Shown here in pieces: positions 27,147-37,471 of a stretch of DNA of 64,000 nt. The translations under genes were made by a program, and so were the position numbers. Under the pieces are notes generated by a model. The model did not search any database and was not told the origin of the DNA. It was given only the letters and a program-made list of their open reading frames with translations. Each line of letters opens with the position of its first letter. The first letter of the stretch is position 1. The stretch is from Candidatus Peregrinibacteria bacterium CG_4_10_14_0_2_um_filter_38_24 (GTDB lineage: Bacteria > Patescibacteriota > Gracilibacteria > UBA1369 > LOWO2-01-FULL-3): the NCBI GenBank assembly GCA_002792535.1, contig PFOM01000036.1:11936-75935 (forward strand). Reading direction: 5' to 3'.

Positions 27147-29687
27147 ATGGAAAACAACCTAGCTGAAAATCAAACTGAAAATCAGGGGGAAAATGAGAAC
27201 AAAGATCCAAAAGATCTTTTTGAAGGAAAAAATCAATCAAAGCTAACCCCTTCAGAGATTGCGGCAGTTCAAAGCCGTACTCTTTCCATAAGAGACATCG
27301 TAAACGAAAGAAATCGTACAGCTCATCAAGCAAAAACCGAACTTGGCAAACTCGCGTCTTCCTCAAAAGATCGAAAACAGGTAATCAGCCTAAAAGAATA
27401 CAGAGAATTTTCAGAAAAAATCCAAGAAACAGAAAGTGCGGAAAAAATGAAAATCATTTTGGACGAAATACAGGAAATTCCGGAAAGGAAAGAGAAAGAG
27501 ATGAAGGAAGATGTAGCACAAAGCGAAACGCTAGAAAAAGACGATCCACGCCTCGAAGAACTACAGGAAGAATTCGACGAAACATGTGACGAAAATATCC
27601 AATACATCGGGACAAAACAAGTCAACGGATTCAAAAATTGGTTTAAAAACGAAATAGACAAAAAACCTCAAATAAAACACTTAAAAGACGTAATCAAAAG
27701 ACTGAAAGGAGAAAAATCAACCGACTCCGGCGGACTTGCTCCACGCCGAGAAGAATACGGAAATCTTCAAAGACTTTTCAAAAAACACGGATTAAATGAA
27801 CCGACAGATTCAAAATACATCGAAGAAGAAGGGCTAAGCGAAAGAAAAACATACAGAAAAAACGCCGAAGGAATAGAAGACCAATTGATGAAAGGAAAAG
27901 AAAAGGGATTCTATTCAAAAGAAGCAATTCAAGAAATTATGCAAGAAGTGCTTACCGCTGACTCTCTTGGAAAACAAAAAGAAATCAAAAACCAATTAGA
28001 CAAAGTCTCCCGACTTGAATCAGAAAGCTTCACTTATCTTGATTCAAAAACAACAGTCGGTGGGATCACAATCAGAAAAATGAGTCAGAAAGGCAAAGAT
28101 TTCTTGCTCGATTATTACAAACCAATTTCATTAGACGAAAGAGAAGAAAACGTAAGAATGTGGCCAAAATTCATAGAAGATGAAGCAAAACTGGCCGAAG
28201 ATTTGCTTGAAATATACGAAGACAATCCTGAAGGATTCAAGCTCGCAATGGGCAGTTTCCAACACTTAACATTCGACGAAAAAGAAAAAGCTTTGAAAGA
28301 ACACAAGCTATTCGTGGAAACAGCCGAAAGCAAAGAAGAGCTCGAAACAAAACTCACAATCAAGGCCGCACACGGAGCACTCGACGAAGCCGCAAGAAAC
28401 AACATAATCGCAAAAGGAAAAGAGAAAACACAAGGAAAATACAAAGAATTTTTCGAAGACGAAGAAAATTTCAAAAACCCAAAAACAGGAAAAGAAGGAG
28501 ATTTAGGTGAACTAAAAAAAGCTTACGAATTACTCGTGAACAAAAGTCCAAATAAAAAATACAAAAACCTCGCGGCATACGAAGAATCAAGAAAAGAATA
28601 CAAAAAAGGTTTAAAACGCCTTGGAGAATTTGACGATGAATTAGATGAAAAAGACCTTGCGAAAATGCAGGAAGAATACGATCGAGAAGGCTGGACAGAC
28701 AGAGAAGATCTGCAAGAAGAATTAAAGAAAACAGTAGACAAAGCAAAAGAAAAACACGACAAGATGAAACGGATAACAAAAGTTACGGACATTAAAGAAC
28801 TAACGAAAGGAAAAAAGCTAAACAAAAAAGAATCAGGAGAAAAAGATGAAGAAAACGAAGAAGGACCTGAAACCCCAGAAGCAGCTATAAAAGCCGCAAA
28901 CAAACTTTTGATGAACGACGAAGGAGCAGAAGCTCTAAAAGTTCTTTTAGAATATAACGATAAAGATCCGGATCATCCAAAAATCTTATTTTGGCTGGAA
29001 AAAACAGCAGAATACATCAGATCATTCGGTAGCGGCAAAAAGAAAGTTGACCAATCTTTCGAAGCGGAACTCGCAGACGAAATCGAAGAAGCAATGGAAG
29101 AAGATGAGACAAAAAAATTCATAGAAGAAGAACAACTCGAAACATTAAGTTTGGAAGGAACAGAAGAAAGCGAAAGACTTCATGGAAACAAAAAATCAGC
29201 GAAAGAAAGAGCAGAATATGAATCGTTAAGCCGCGTTGGAACAACTTCACTGGAAGCGGAATTGACTCAAGATTTCTATGAAAATTCCGACGAAGAATTC
29301 ATTTTGGACAAAGAAGGAAAAGGAGAAAAAGTAACAGAAGTACAATTCGACGACACGGAATACAAAAAAGAAGAAGTACAAGATCTAAAAAAAGAGATAT
29401 ACCGAAAACAAGACAGGCTTAGAGAAAAACGTGGACTTGTTGACACAGTATTAAAAGACAAAGACGGCAAAATAATAACAACAAAAGAAGCACAAAGATT
29501 ACAACAAAAAGATGTAGACAATCTTGAAGAAGAAATAGTAGAAAACATGGAAGAGAACATCGCAACAAAAAAAGGAACTCCTGAAGGAGCAGAAATATTC
29601 GATTTAACGCAAAGAATAGCGGCGAAAAGAAAAGCAAAAGAAATGTTAGACAAACAATTACACGCAAAACTAACTTCTGAAAATTAA
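27147..29687 (+). CDS. Large hyper-charged (Glu/Lys-rich) cytoplasmic protein, hypothetical
   Basis: An 846-aa uninterrupted ORF with no signal peptide or TM segment. Long E/K/D-rich, coiled-coil-like stretches throughout. No family recognised. The antisense ORFs in the track are low-complexity shadows. Confidence 0.6.
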   Translation: MENNLAENQTENQGENENKDPKDLFEGKNQSKLTPSEIAAVQSRTLSIRDIVNERNRTAHQAKTELGKLASSSKDRKQVISLKEYREFSEKIQETESAEKMKIILDEIQEIPERKEKEMKEDVAQSETLEKDDPRLEELQEEFDETCDENIQYIGTKQVNGFKNWFKNEIDKKPQIKHLKDVIKRLKGEKSTDSGGLAPRREEYGNLQRLFKKHGLNEPTDSKYIEEEGLSERKTYRKNAEGIEDQLMKGKEKGFYSKEAIQEIMQEVLTADSLGKQKEIKNQLDKVSRLESESFTYLDSKTTVGGITIRKMSQKGKDFLLDYYKPISLDEREENVRMWPKFIEDEAKLAEDLLEIYEDNPEGFKLAMGSFQHLTFDEKEKALKEHKLFVETAESKEELETKLTIKAAHGALDEAARNNIIAKGKEKTQGKYKEFFEDEENFKNPKTGKEGDLGELKKAYELLVNKSPNKKYKNLAAYEESRKEYKKGLKRLGEFDDELDEKDLAKMQEEYDREGWTDREDLQEELKKTVDKAKEKHDKMKRITKVTDIKELTKGKKLNKKESGEKDEENEEGPETPEAAIKAANKLLMNDEGAEALKVLLEYNDKDPDHPKILFWLEKTAEYIRSFGSGKKKVDQSFEAELADEIEEAMEEDETKKFIEEEQLETLSLEGTEESERLHGNKKSAKERAEYESLSRVGTTSLEAELTQDFYENSDEEFILDKEGKGEKVTEVQFDDTEYKKEEVQDLKKEIYRKQDRLREKRGLVDTVLKDKDGKIITTKEAQRLQQKDVDNLEEEIVENMEENIATKKGTPEGAEIFDLTQRIAAKRKAKEMLDKQLHAKLTSEN

Positions 29688-30836
29688 TCTTTTCAACATA
29701 AAGAAAATCGCAACGAAATAATAAATAAAAAATATTTCGGACGTAAACCAATCAATTTTGTAATACGCAAAAGGGAAATTAGCAAACAACTCCACCAAAA
29801 AAAGAACAAACTTCAAAACAGCATATTCTATAAAACCAAAAAGCATAGCAATCTTCAAAGAAAAAAGCCCAACGAATAAAATCACAAAACCAAAAAACAT
29901 AGCAATCGGGATCAGCGGCAAAACAAAAATATTAGCTATCGGAGAAATCGCACTAAAATTTCCAAAATTCAATAAGATCACAGGCATGGTCAAAATTTGT
30001 GCTGAAATTGTCATCAAAAAAGCACTTTTAAACCCAAATATATCAGGCACGGATTCACAAAACACATCCATTCTTGGATAAAAACACACAATTCCAAAAG
30101 TCGCTCCAAAAGACAATTGAAAACCTATATCGTCAAAAATAAGCATCGGCAAAAATAAATTCATAATAAATGCGGCGAAGATAAGTCCGATAAAAGGCAT
30201 ATATTGTCGACCAGAAAAAATAGCATAATAACTCACGATTCCCATTATCGCGGCCCTAATGCACGAAGCGGAAAAACCAGTCAAGGCCACAAATAAAACA
30301 ATCAAAAAAATCATCACAAAAAACTTCATTTTTTGCCCCAGAAATCCAAAAAATTTCGTACAAAAAGCAATAAGTATAGAAATATTATATCCGGAAACCG
30401 CAATGATATGAGTAAGTCCGGTCGCATTAAATTTCTCCAAAATATCTTTGCCCAAACCGTTTTTCTTCCCAAGAATAAGCCCTTCAACAAAACCGGAATA
30501 TGGCTCAGGCAAAACATTTCTAAAGACAAAATCAATCCTCTCCCCCATAAAAGAAAAATATTCGCCCAAAAATTGAAAATCAAAACCACCATGATCCAAA
30601 TACGAAAAATATCTAAAAACCCCACAAGAAAATCCAAGAAAAACACATAAAAAAACATACAAAAATATTTTCCTAAGAACAGCAAACAAAAATTTCAGCA
30701 AAAGAAGAACAGTTATCAGCAAAAACACAATTTCATTCCACATTCCATTCAAAAAGAAAAACCCAAAAACAATTCCAATAAGAAAAAATGACGCAAAGAT
30801 TACAAACAAGAAAGATTTCTGACTTTTATTCTCCAT
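29670..30836 (-). CDS. ComEC/Rec2-family competence channel protein (membrane core only)
   Basis: Polytopic membrane protein with the competence-domain signature FNATGLTHIIAVSGYNISIL. It lacks the OB and metallo-beta-lactamase domains of long ComEC. Its 3' end overlaps the convergent gene by 18 nt. Confidence 0.8.
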   Translation of the reverse strand: MENKSQKSFLFVIFASFFLIGIVFGFFFLNGMWNEIVFLLITVLLLLKFLFAVLRKIFLYVFLCVFLGFSCGVFRYFSYLDHGGFDFQFLGEYFSFMGERIDFVFRNVLPEPYSGFVEGLILGKKNGLGKDILEKFNATGLTHIIAVSGYNISILIAFCTKFFGFLGQKMKFFVMIFLIVLFVALTGFSASCIRAAIMGIVSYYAIFSGRQYMPFIGLIFAAFIMNLFLPMLIFDDIGFQLSFGATFGIVCFYPRMDVFCESVPDIFGFKSAFLMTISAQILTMPVILLNFGNFSAISPIANIFVLPLIPIAMFFGFVILFVGLFSLKIAMLFGFIEYAVLKFVLFLVELFANFPFAYYKIDWFTSEIFFIYYFVAIFFMLKRLIFRS

Positions 30837-30949
30837 ATAATTATAAAACAGTTACAGGATAATCATACAAATAAGACTTAAAATTTTCTTAAAAAAATTC
30901 TAAAATATCACAGCGAATGAAAGAACAAAGAAAACCCTAAATTACAAAA

Positions 30950-33328
30950 ATGAAAATAAATCAAAGAATTTCGACATTCGTGCTCCTTGCGGCGACCCTT
31001 TCACAATTTCTCCTTCCACAAACAGCATTTGCCGATTTCTCGGACGTTTCCGAATCATACCAAAACTTCGAAGCGATCACCTACCTCCAAGAAAAAGACA
31101 TAATAAACGGATATTCCGACGGCACATTCAAACCGGACAAACTCGTAAACCGCGCAGAATTTCTAAAAATAATAATCGAAGGCTCAGGAATAAAAACCAA
31201 TGCCAACGCAGAAACTCCGTTCAGCGACACCGACGATACAGCTTGGTACGCACCATACGTCGAAAAAGCCTATTCCGAAAATTGGGTTCAGGGCTACACG
31301 GACGGCACATTCAAACCATCACAAACAATCACAAAAGCCGAAGCCCTAAAAATCCTTGGAGAAGTCCAAAATTGGGAAATGTCCGCCGTCACAAAAGCCC
31401 CATTTTTAGACACAAAAACAACAGATTGGTTCACTCCATACATCGCATTTGCAAAAGAAAATGAACTCCTCGAAACAACCGGAAAATTAGTTTTCCCAAA
31501 TCAAGAAATGTCACGCGCAAAAATAAGCGAAACAGTCTACCGAACAATTATAAAAAACATCTCGACACAACCCATCGAAACGCAACCCACAACTCAATCA
31601 AATCTCGACTTCTCTCCTGTCAAATTTTCTCAAATACCCTCAACATACTATGCGAACATTTCCCTTGATGAAGACACCCCAAACACATTTTATCAAAACG
31701 AAATCTACATAATAAAAGGCACAGTGACCTCCAGCTCAAACAAAGAAGCCACAGTTTCACTCGAAAACGAAACTTTCACAGAATCCCTCTCAAATAATCA
31801 TTTCGAAATACCCATAATCTTCAGGAAAACAGGAAATCTTTCACTAGGAATTTTACCAGGAAACAGCGGAAACACAAAAACTCAAACAATTTCCGTCCTT
31901 CCGTCTCTCCCCTCCTCAACAAACAAAGAAATTCCTCCATTAAAACTCGCACCGGAAATAAAATTTTCAAACGGAAAAACATCCGTAAATTTCCAAAATA
32001 CATATTCAACCATAAAAAGATTAACGCTAACACAAGGCTCAAAATCAACATCATACCTCTCACGACAAAACGAAAATACAATTTCAATATTTTACAAAGA
32101 CTTTCAGAATTTCTCTGAATCATCAGTTTCCTACCAAATAGAATCCGCAAAAACATCATCATCCTTGCCCCTAATAATTTCATCGGATTTTTCAAAAAGT
32201 GAAACAAAAACTTTCACACCAACATATCACGCATTTTCAACTATAGACAAAAACGCCACCACCTCTCCTCCCGAAACAATGAAATCTCCTTCCAAAATTT
32301 CATTCACCATTGGAACCTCCATTTCCGTAGAAACAACGGGCTACGTCACGACACCGGACGGATTCGTAGAAAAGGTCGAACTTTCAAAAAACAGCAACAC
32401 CTACACCTATTCTTACACTCCAAAAACTTCCGGAACATACATCGTAGAAATAAATAACTCCGAAGGCATCGCAGTAATAAATCATCCGGTCTACATAGGA
32501 AACTCAATCCCGCTACTTCCGGATTTCTTCGACATAAACAAAAGAAAATATTTCACGGGAACAGTTTCGCTAAATGCAATGCGAAATGAAATGCTCAATG
32601 AAATAAATAAATCCAGAAAAAAACATGGTTTGAATGAAGTTGTTTTAGCCGATGAACTAAACGCTTTAGCACAAATTCATACAGACGATATGTCCAAAAA
32701 TAATTATTTCGCTCACGTAGATTTAAGCGGAAATTCACCTGAAGACAGACGAAAATCATTAAAAATTTCAACTCCTGTTGAAGAAAACATGGCAAAAGAA
32801 ACATCTGTACAATTCGCACACGAAGGCCTTATGCGTAGCGGTTCTCATCGCAGCAATATTCTGGAAAAAGAATGGACACGCGTCGGAATAGGCATCACAA
32901 AAACAATAAACGACGGAGGATATTTGCTGATAGATCAAGAGTTTTCGACCAATCCAATCTCAATAGAAAATTTATCAACAATGAGGCAAGAAATTTTCAC
33001 CAAAATAAACGAAAAACGCACGAACAAAAGCTTAAACCCTCTCGCCTCAGACACGACACTAGACAACGCAAGCAAATATTTAAACGACAAAATCATCAAT
33101 GAAAATGCCACACTTACAAATCAGGTCTTTTCAGGTGCGCTAGATTCGTTTAACATAGGCGGGCAATCCGAAGCTATCGGCCATTCATACAACCTATGGT
33201 CAACAATTCTTGACTCAATATTAAACGAAGAAGAATCCCTTTTTACCGCAGATTGGCTCAAGATAGGAATAGATATTCAGACAGACTTGGCCGGAATACT
33301 AAATACCTTCATAATCATCAATAAATAA
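30950..33328 (+). CDS. Secreted SLH-domain protein with C-terminal CAP/SCP (PR-1-like) domains
   Basis: Signal peptide. Three SLH-like repeats (FSDVSESYQNFEAITYLQEKDIINGYSDGTFKPDKLVNRAEFLKI and following). CAP domain LNEINKSRKKHGLNEVVLADELNALAQIHTDDMSKNNYFAHVD...GSHRSNILEKEWTRVGIGI, plus a second degenerate copy. Confidence 0.8.
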   Translation: MKINQRISTFVLLAATLSQFLLPQTAFADFSDVSESYQNFEAITYLQEKDIINGYSDGTFKPDKLVNRAEFLKIIIEGSGIKTNANAETPFSDTDDTAWYAPYVEKAYSENWVQGYTDGTFKPSQTITKAEALKILGEVQNWEMSAVTKAPFLDTKTTDWFTPYIAFAKENELLETTGKLVFPNQEMSRAKISETVYRTIIKNISTQPIETQPTTQSNLDFSPVKFSQIPSTYYANISLDEDTPNTFYQNEIYIIKGTVTSSSNKEATVSLENETFTESLSNNHFEIPIIFRKTGNLSLGILPGNSGNTKTQTISVLPSLPSSTNKEIPPLKLAPEIKFSNGKTSVNFQNTYSTIKRLTLTQGSKSTSYLSRQNENTISIFYKDFQNFSESSVSYQIESAKTSSSLPLIISSDFSKSETKTFTPTYHAFSTIDKNATTSPPETMKSPSKISFTIGTSISVETTGYVTTPDGFVEKVELSKNSNTYTYSYTPKTSGTYIVEINNSEGIAVINHPVYIGNSIPLLPDFFDINKRKYFTGTVSLNAMRNEMLNEINKSRKKHGLNEVVLADELNALAQIHTDDMSKNNYFAHVDLSGNSPEDRRKSLKISTPVEENMAKETSVQFAHEGLMRSGSHRSNILEKEWTRVGIGITKTINDGGYLLIDQEFSTNPISIENLSTMRQEIFTKINEKRTNKSLNPLASDTTLDNASKYLNDKIINENATLTNQVFSGALDSFNIGGQSEAIGHSYNLWSTILDSILNEEESLFTADWLKIGIDIQTDLAGILNTFIIINK

Positions 33329-33329
33329 A

Positions 33330-34814
33330 ATGGATTTCGAAACGAAAAAAATAAGAACAAAACCCAGCATCTCAGCCACTGAAGGAAAAAGAATCAAAAT
33401 AAATCTTCCTGTCCTGATCACAATAACAATAATCCTAATTCTAGGCGTAGGAATCGCAAAAGCGGTTTCAAGCATAGACATGAGCATAATATTAAAAATA
33501 GCCGGAAGCGATTTGAAAGAAGACTCCTACGGACACACGAACTTCTTACTTTTGGGCTCAGGCGGGGTTAATCACGATGGCGGCACCCTCACAGACACAA
33601 TGATAGTCGCCAGCTTAGACAATGAAACGAAAACCGTCACAATGCTCTCAATTCCTCGAGATTTATGGATAAAAGACAATATAGTCGGAAATTCAAAAAT
33701 AAATGAAATCTACATAAACGCAAAAACTCACTACGAAAAACAAAACAAAGTCCCCCCAAAAACCGAAGATCCAATCTCGAATCAACAAGCCATCGAACAC
33801 CTAAGGACAAAAATAGAAGAAATTCTCGGCATCCCAATTCACTATTATGCATCCGTAAATTTTGATGCATTCACCGATCTCGTAGACGCAATCGGAGGCG
33901 TAGATATTTTCGTCGAAAAATCAATTTACGACCCACTTTATCCAAAAGGAGAAACGACAGACTACGAAATATTTTCAATGCAAAAAGGCCTCCAGCATCT
34001 CGACGGAAAAACAGCCCTAAAATACGCACGAAGCCGCGAAACAACCTCTGATTTCGACAGATCAAAGCGCCAACAACAAATAATAATGGCCATCAAAGAA
34101 AGTGCTCTAAAAGCAAACGTTTTATTTAGCAAAGAAAAAATAGAAAACATTCTTGGAATAATAAATTCAAACATAACAACCAACATCACAATCGAAGAAA
34201 TACTTACTCTCGGAAGCATCGCAAAAGATTATTCAAAAGACAGCATCGTCACAAGGCTTATTCACGACGATCCGGCAAGATGCGGAGGATTTCTTTACAC
34301 TCCTGAAAGATCATATTACGGAGGCGCTTTCGTGCTAATCCCGGCAGGAGGATTTGATATCGTTCACAAATACGCAGATTTGATATTCGGATTTACAGGT
34401 ATTGCAAAAGAAAACGCAAAAATACAGATATTAAACGGCACACCACGCGCAGGCGTCGCAGGAGAAACAAAACAAATACTCCAAAGATTTTGTTTCGACA
34501 TGACAAGATTTGGCAATGCAGAGACAAAAAACATCACACAAACAACCCACTATTACAAAATTCATTTAAATGAAAAAGGTGAAAAATTAAACTCCAGACC
34601 TCTCGCATTAGATTTTCTAAAAAAACTTATTCCAGGAAAAGAAGTTGAAGGAATTCCACAAACATACATAGATTTGGGCTACACAGAATCAGACATAATA
34701 ATCGAACTCGGAACCGACTACACAAATTCCAAAAACTACATGGAAGACCCTTTCTACAGCCTTCCAATGGTCGCGCCTACACCGACAACACCCACAACAA
34801 ATGCGTCTAAATAA
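33330..34814 (+). CDS. LytR-CpsA-Psr (LCP) family cell-wall glycopolymer ligase
   Basis: TM anchor. LCP motifs TNFLLLGSGG, TLTDTMIVASLDNETKTVTMLSIPRDLWI and LDGKTALKYARSR. LytR_C-like end KIQILNGTPRAGVAGE. Confidence 0.88.
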   Translation: MDFETKKIRTKPSISATEGKRIKINLPVLITITIILILGVGIAKAVSSIDMSIILKIAGSDLKEDSYGHTNFLLLGSGGVNHDGGTLTDTMIVASLDNETKTVTMLSIPRDLWIKDNIVGNSKINEIYINAKTHYEKQNKVPPKTEDPISNQQAIEHLRTKIEEILGIPIHYYASVNFDAFTDLVDAIGGVDIFVEKSIYDPLYPKGETTDYEIFSMQKGLQHLDGKTALKYARSRETTSDFDRSKRQQQIIMAIKESALKANVLFSKEKIENILGIINSNITTNITIEEILTLGSIAKDYSKDSIVTRLIHDDPARCGGFLYTPERSYYGGAFVLIPAGGFDIVHKYADLIFGFTGIAKENAKIQILNGTPRAGVAGETKQILQRFCFDMTRFGNAETKNITQTTHYYKIHLNEKGEKLNSRPLALDFLKKLIPGKEVEGIPQTYIDLGYTESDIIIELGTDYTNSKNYMEDPFYSLPMVAPTPTTPTTNASK

Positions 34815-35502
34815 ATTCATCGCAGAAAATTCAAAATATTCCCGCCGAAAAGCGGATATTTTGATAAAAGACAGATTAGTTCTAATCAACGGAAAAACAG
34901 CTGATTCTCTCGGTATTCAAATCGATCCTAAAAAAGACAAAATCGAAATCAACGGAGAAAAAATAACCGCAAACAAAAAAGAAAAAGTATATTTTGCATT
35001 AAATAAACCAATGGGTTTCATCTCAACTCGCGAAGACAGACACGCAAAAAGAACAGTCATGGAACTTCTTCCAAAAATTGATAACCTCAAACCGGTAGGA
35101 AGGCTGGACAAAGAGACAGAAGGACTTCTACTTTTCACAAACGACGGAGATTTTATTCTGAAACACACTCATCCAAGATACGAATGTAAGAAAAAATATC
35201 ACGTAATAATTAATGGATTTTTAACCGATGAAGAGAAAAAAAAACTCGAAGAAGGAGTCATGCTAGAAGAGAAAAAGACATATCCGGCAAAAATACACGG
35301 AATCAGACGCGATAAAAATGAGACCGAGCTCGAAATAGAAATCCATGAAGGCCGAAACCGCCAAGTACGAAATATGTTTGCAATGTTCCGCCACAATGTG
35401 AAATACTTGCAACGTATAGAGACAGGAACGATAAAACTCGGCAACTTAAAGCTGGGTGAATTCAGAAAACTAACAAAAGAAGAAATAAATGATAATATCT
35501 AG
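34801..35502 (+). CDS. rluB: Pseudouridine synthase, RsuA/RluB family
   Basis: S4 domain MRLNKFIAENSKYSRRKADILIKDRLVLINGK. Catalytic motif GRLDKETEGLLLFTNDG. EGRNRQVRNMF. Confidence 0.88.
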   Translation: MRLNKFIAENSKYSRRKADILIKDRLVLINGKTADSLGIQIDPKKDKIEINGEKITANKKEKVYFALNKPMGFISTREDRHAKRTVMELLPKIDNLKPVGRLDKETEGLLLFTNDGDFILKHTHPRYECKKKYHVIINGFLTDEEKKKLEEGVMLEEKKTYPAKIHGIRRDKNETELEIEIHEGRNRQVRNMFAMFRHNVKYLQRIETGTIKLGNLKLGEFRKLTKEEINDNI

Positions 35503-36391
35503 CATCCTAAGTTTATATGTAGCATCAATAATAAACCCCGATTTCGAAGCCGTTCCGTCGTACACAGACACAGGATTCGCAAATATTTTTGACATAGATT
35601 TGAGAAACATTTTAAGCACAAATTCAGTCCCGGTCAAAAAAAACACCTACATTTCCCCTATCATCTCGCCAAAAAGCGCGATTGCAGTAGACAACGACAC
35701 GGGCGCAGTTTTATACGAAAAAAATCCAGACGAAAAATTACCGATTGCAAGCATTACAAAACTCATGACAATTCTCATAATACTGGACGAAAATGAATTA
35801 TCAGACACAGTCACAGTATCATCAAACGCATCCTCCACCGGAGGAAGCACAATGTTTTTAAGAATAGGCGAAAAAATCGCAGTGGAAAACTTAATATATG
35901 GCGCATTAATCGGATCCTCAAACGATGCCGCAACAGCGCTAGCGGAATACAACGCCGGCTCAACCGCCACATTTGTAGAGAAAATGAACAAAAAAGCAAA
36001 AAACATGCATCTCACAAACACACATTTTTCAACACCAAACGGACTTGGAGAAACAAATAATTACTCATCAGCACGAGATTTATCCATCCTCGCGCAACAA
36101 GTATACAAAAACAAATTCATCAAACACGCCGCAGAATTAAAAGAAATCGAAGTTCTTTCGACAGATGCCTCAGTCACTCATAAAATCAAAACAACAAATG
36201 ATCTTTTAGGTGGATATTTAAACATCAAAGGCCTAAAAACAGGCACCACAGACGCGGCAGGACAATGTTTAGTCACAATAGCAGAAAACGACAAAGGACA
36301 CGAAATAACAACAGTATTACTACACAGCCCAGACAGATTCACAGAAGCGAAAGTACTTATAGACTGGGTTTTCCGAGCATTTAATTGGTAA
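35489..36391 (+). CDS. D-alanyl-D-alanine carboxypeptidase (S11, PBP5-like)
   Basis: SxxK (ASITKLM), SxN (GSSNDAA) and KTG (LKTGTT) motifs in the correct order and spacing. Confidence 0.85.
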   Translation: MIISSILSLYVASIINPDFEAVPSYTDTGFANIFDIDLRNILSTNSVPVKKNTYISPIISPKSAIAVDNDTGAVLYEKNPDEKLPIASITKLMTILIILDENELSDTVTVSSNASSTGGSTMFLRIGEKIAVENLIYGALIGSSNDAATALAEYNAGSTATFVEKMNKKAKNMHLTNTHFSTPNGLGETNNYSSARDLSILAQQVYKNKFIKHAAELKEIEVLSTDASVTHKIKTTNDLLGGYLNIKGLKTGTTDAAGQCLVTIAENDKGHEITTVLLHSPDRFTEAKVLIDWVFRAFNW

Positions 36392-36409
36392 AAAATAATT
36401 ATCAAAAAT

Positions 36410-37468
36410 ATGTTTCTTACTCAAAATTTAGAAAGACTTTCATTAATACTCGGCTCAAGTATCACAGGATTTTTAATCGCATTCATACTGGCACCATGGT
36501 TCACAAAACTTTTAATAAAATTTAAAATCGGCAAGCAAATCAGGGAAAACGCCATCTCCGGAGAAAAAGCGGAACTATTCAACGCACTACATGCAAAAAA
36601 ATCCGGCACGCCAACAATGGGCGGACTTTTGATTTGGGGAACAGTTTTAGTAGTAATAATAATCTCAAGAATAGCCTCAGGATTTGGATTATTCGACCGT
36701 TCACTTTTAAACAGAAAAGAAACATGGATCCCAATTTTCACGATGGTAACATGCGGAATATTGGGAGCAATTGATGACTATTTAAACATAAAAGGCGTAG
36801 GAAAAACAAAAGGAATTTCCGCAAAATTAAAAACTTTCTGGCTAATAGTTTTCAGTGCGGCAGGAGGATGGTGGTTCTATGAAAAACTCGGATTCACTAG
36901 CATCTCAATACCAATTTCAGGCGTCAGCTCAATAGAATTAGGATGGTGGTATATTCCACTTTTTATATTTGTAATCAACGCAACAGCAAATTCAGTAAAC
37001 TTCACAGACGGACTGGATGGACTAGCAAGTGGCTTATTAATCATGTCATTTGGGGCATTCGGAATAATCGCATTCGTAAAAGGAATGTTCATTTTGGCCG
37101 CACTTTGCGGAGTGATATGCGGAACAATTTCAGCATTCTTATGGTTCAACGTGCCTCCCGCAAAATTCTACATGGGAGATACAGGCTCTCTTGCCCTCGG
37201 CGCAACGCTGGGAGTCATTGCAATGCTCACAGATCAAGCCTTAACACTACCACTCATCGGATTTATTTATGTTATTGAAACTCTCTCAGTCATTATCCAA
37301 CTCTTTTCAAAAAAATTCTTCAAAAGAAAAGTTTTCAAAATCGCACCAATTCACCACCATTTCGAACAAAGTGGATGGGCCGAATTCACAGTCGTTATGC
37401 GCTTTTGGATAATCGGAGGAATCATGACATCAATGGGCGTAGTCCTCGCTCTTTCGACTTTAAAATAA
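36410..37468 (+). CDS. mraY: Phospho-N-acetylmuramoyl-pentapeptide transferase
   Basis: KSGTPTMGGLL, NSVNFTDGLDGLA, MGDTGSLALG, APIHHHFE. Ten-TM architecture. Confidence 0.95.
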   Translation: MFLTQNLERLSLILGSSITGFLIAFILAPWFTKLLIKFKIGKQIRENAISGEKAELFNALHAKKSGTPTMGGLLIWGTVLVVIIISRIASGFGLFDRSLLNRKETWIPIFTMVTCGILGAIDDYLNIKGVGKTKGISAKLKTFWLIVFSAAGGWWFYEKLGFTSISIPISGVSSIELGWWYIPLFIFVINATANSVNFTDGLDGLASGLLIMSFGAFGIIAFVKGMFILAALCGVICGTISAFLWFNVPPAKFYMGDTGSLALGATLGVIAMLTDQALTLPLIGFIYVIETLSVIIQLFSKKFFKRKVFKIAPIHHHFEQSGWAEFTVVMRFWIIGGIMTSMGVVLALSTLK

Positions 37469-37471
37469 AAT

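Noticed and set aside
27326-29751. Several 100-126-aa minus-strand ORFs rich in Ser/Phe/Leu
   Set aside because: They are the reverse-complement low-complexity frames of the Glu/Lys-rich 846-aa gene. GAA/AAG-rich DNA gives stop-poor TTC/CTT antisense frames.
35226-35234. A9 homopolymer runs inside coding sequences (here in rluB, also at about 55802-55810 in the LOG gene) as programmed slippage or phase-variation sites
   Set aside because: The reading frames stay intact through them, and they simply encode Lys runs in an A-rich genome. There is no evidence of frameshifted downstream continuations.
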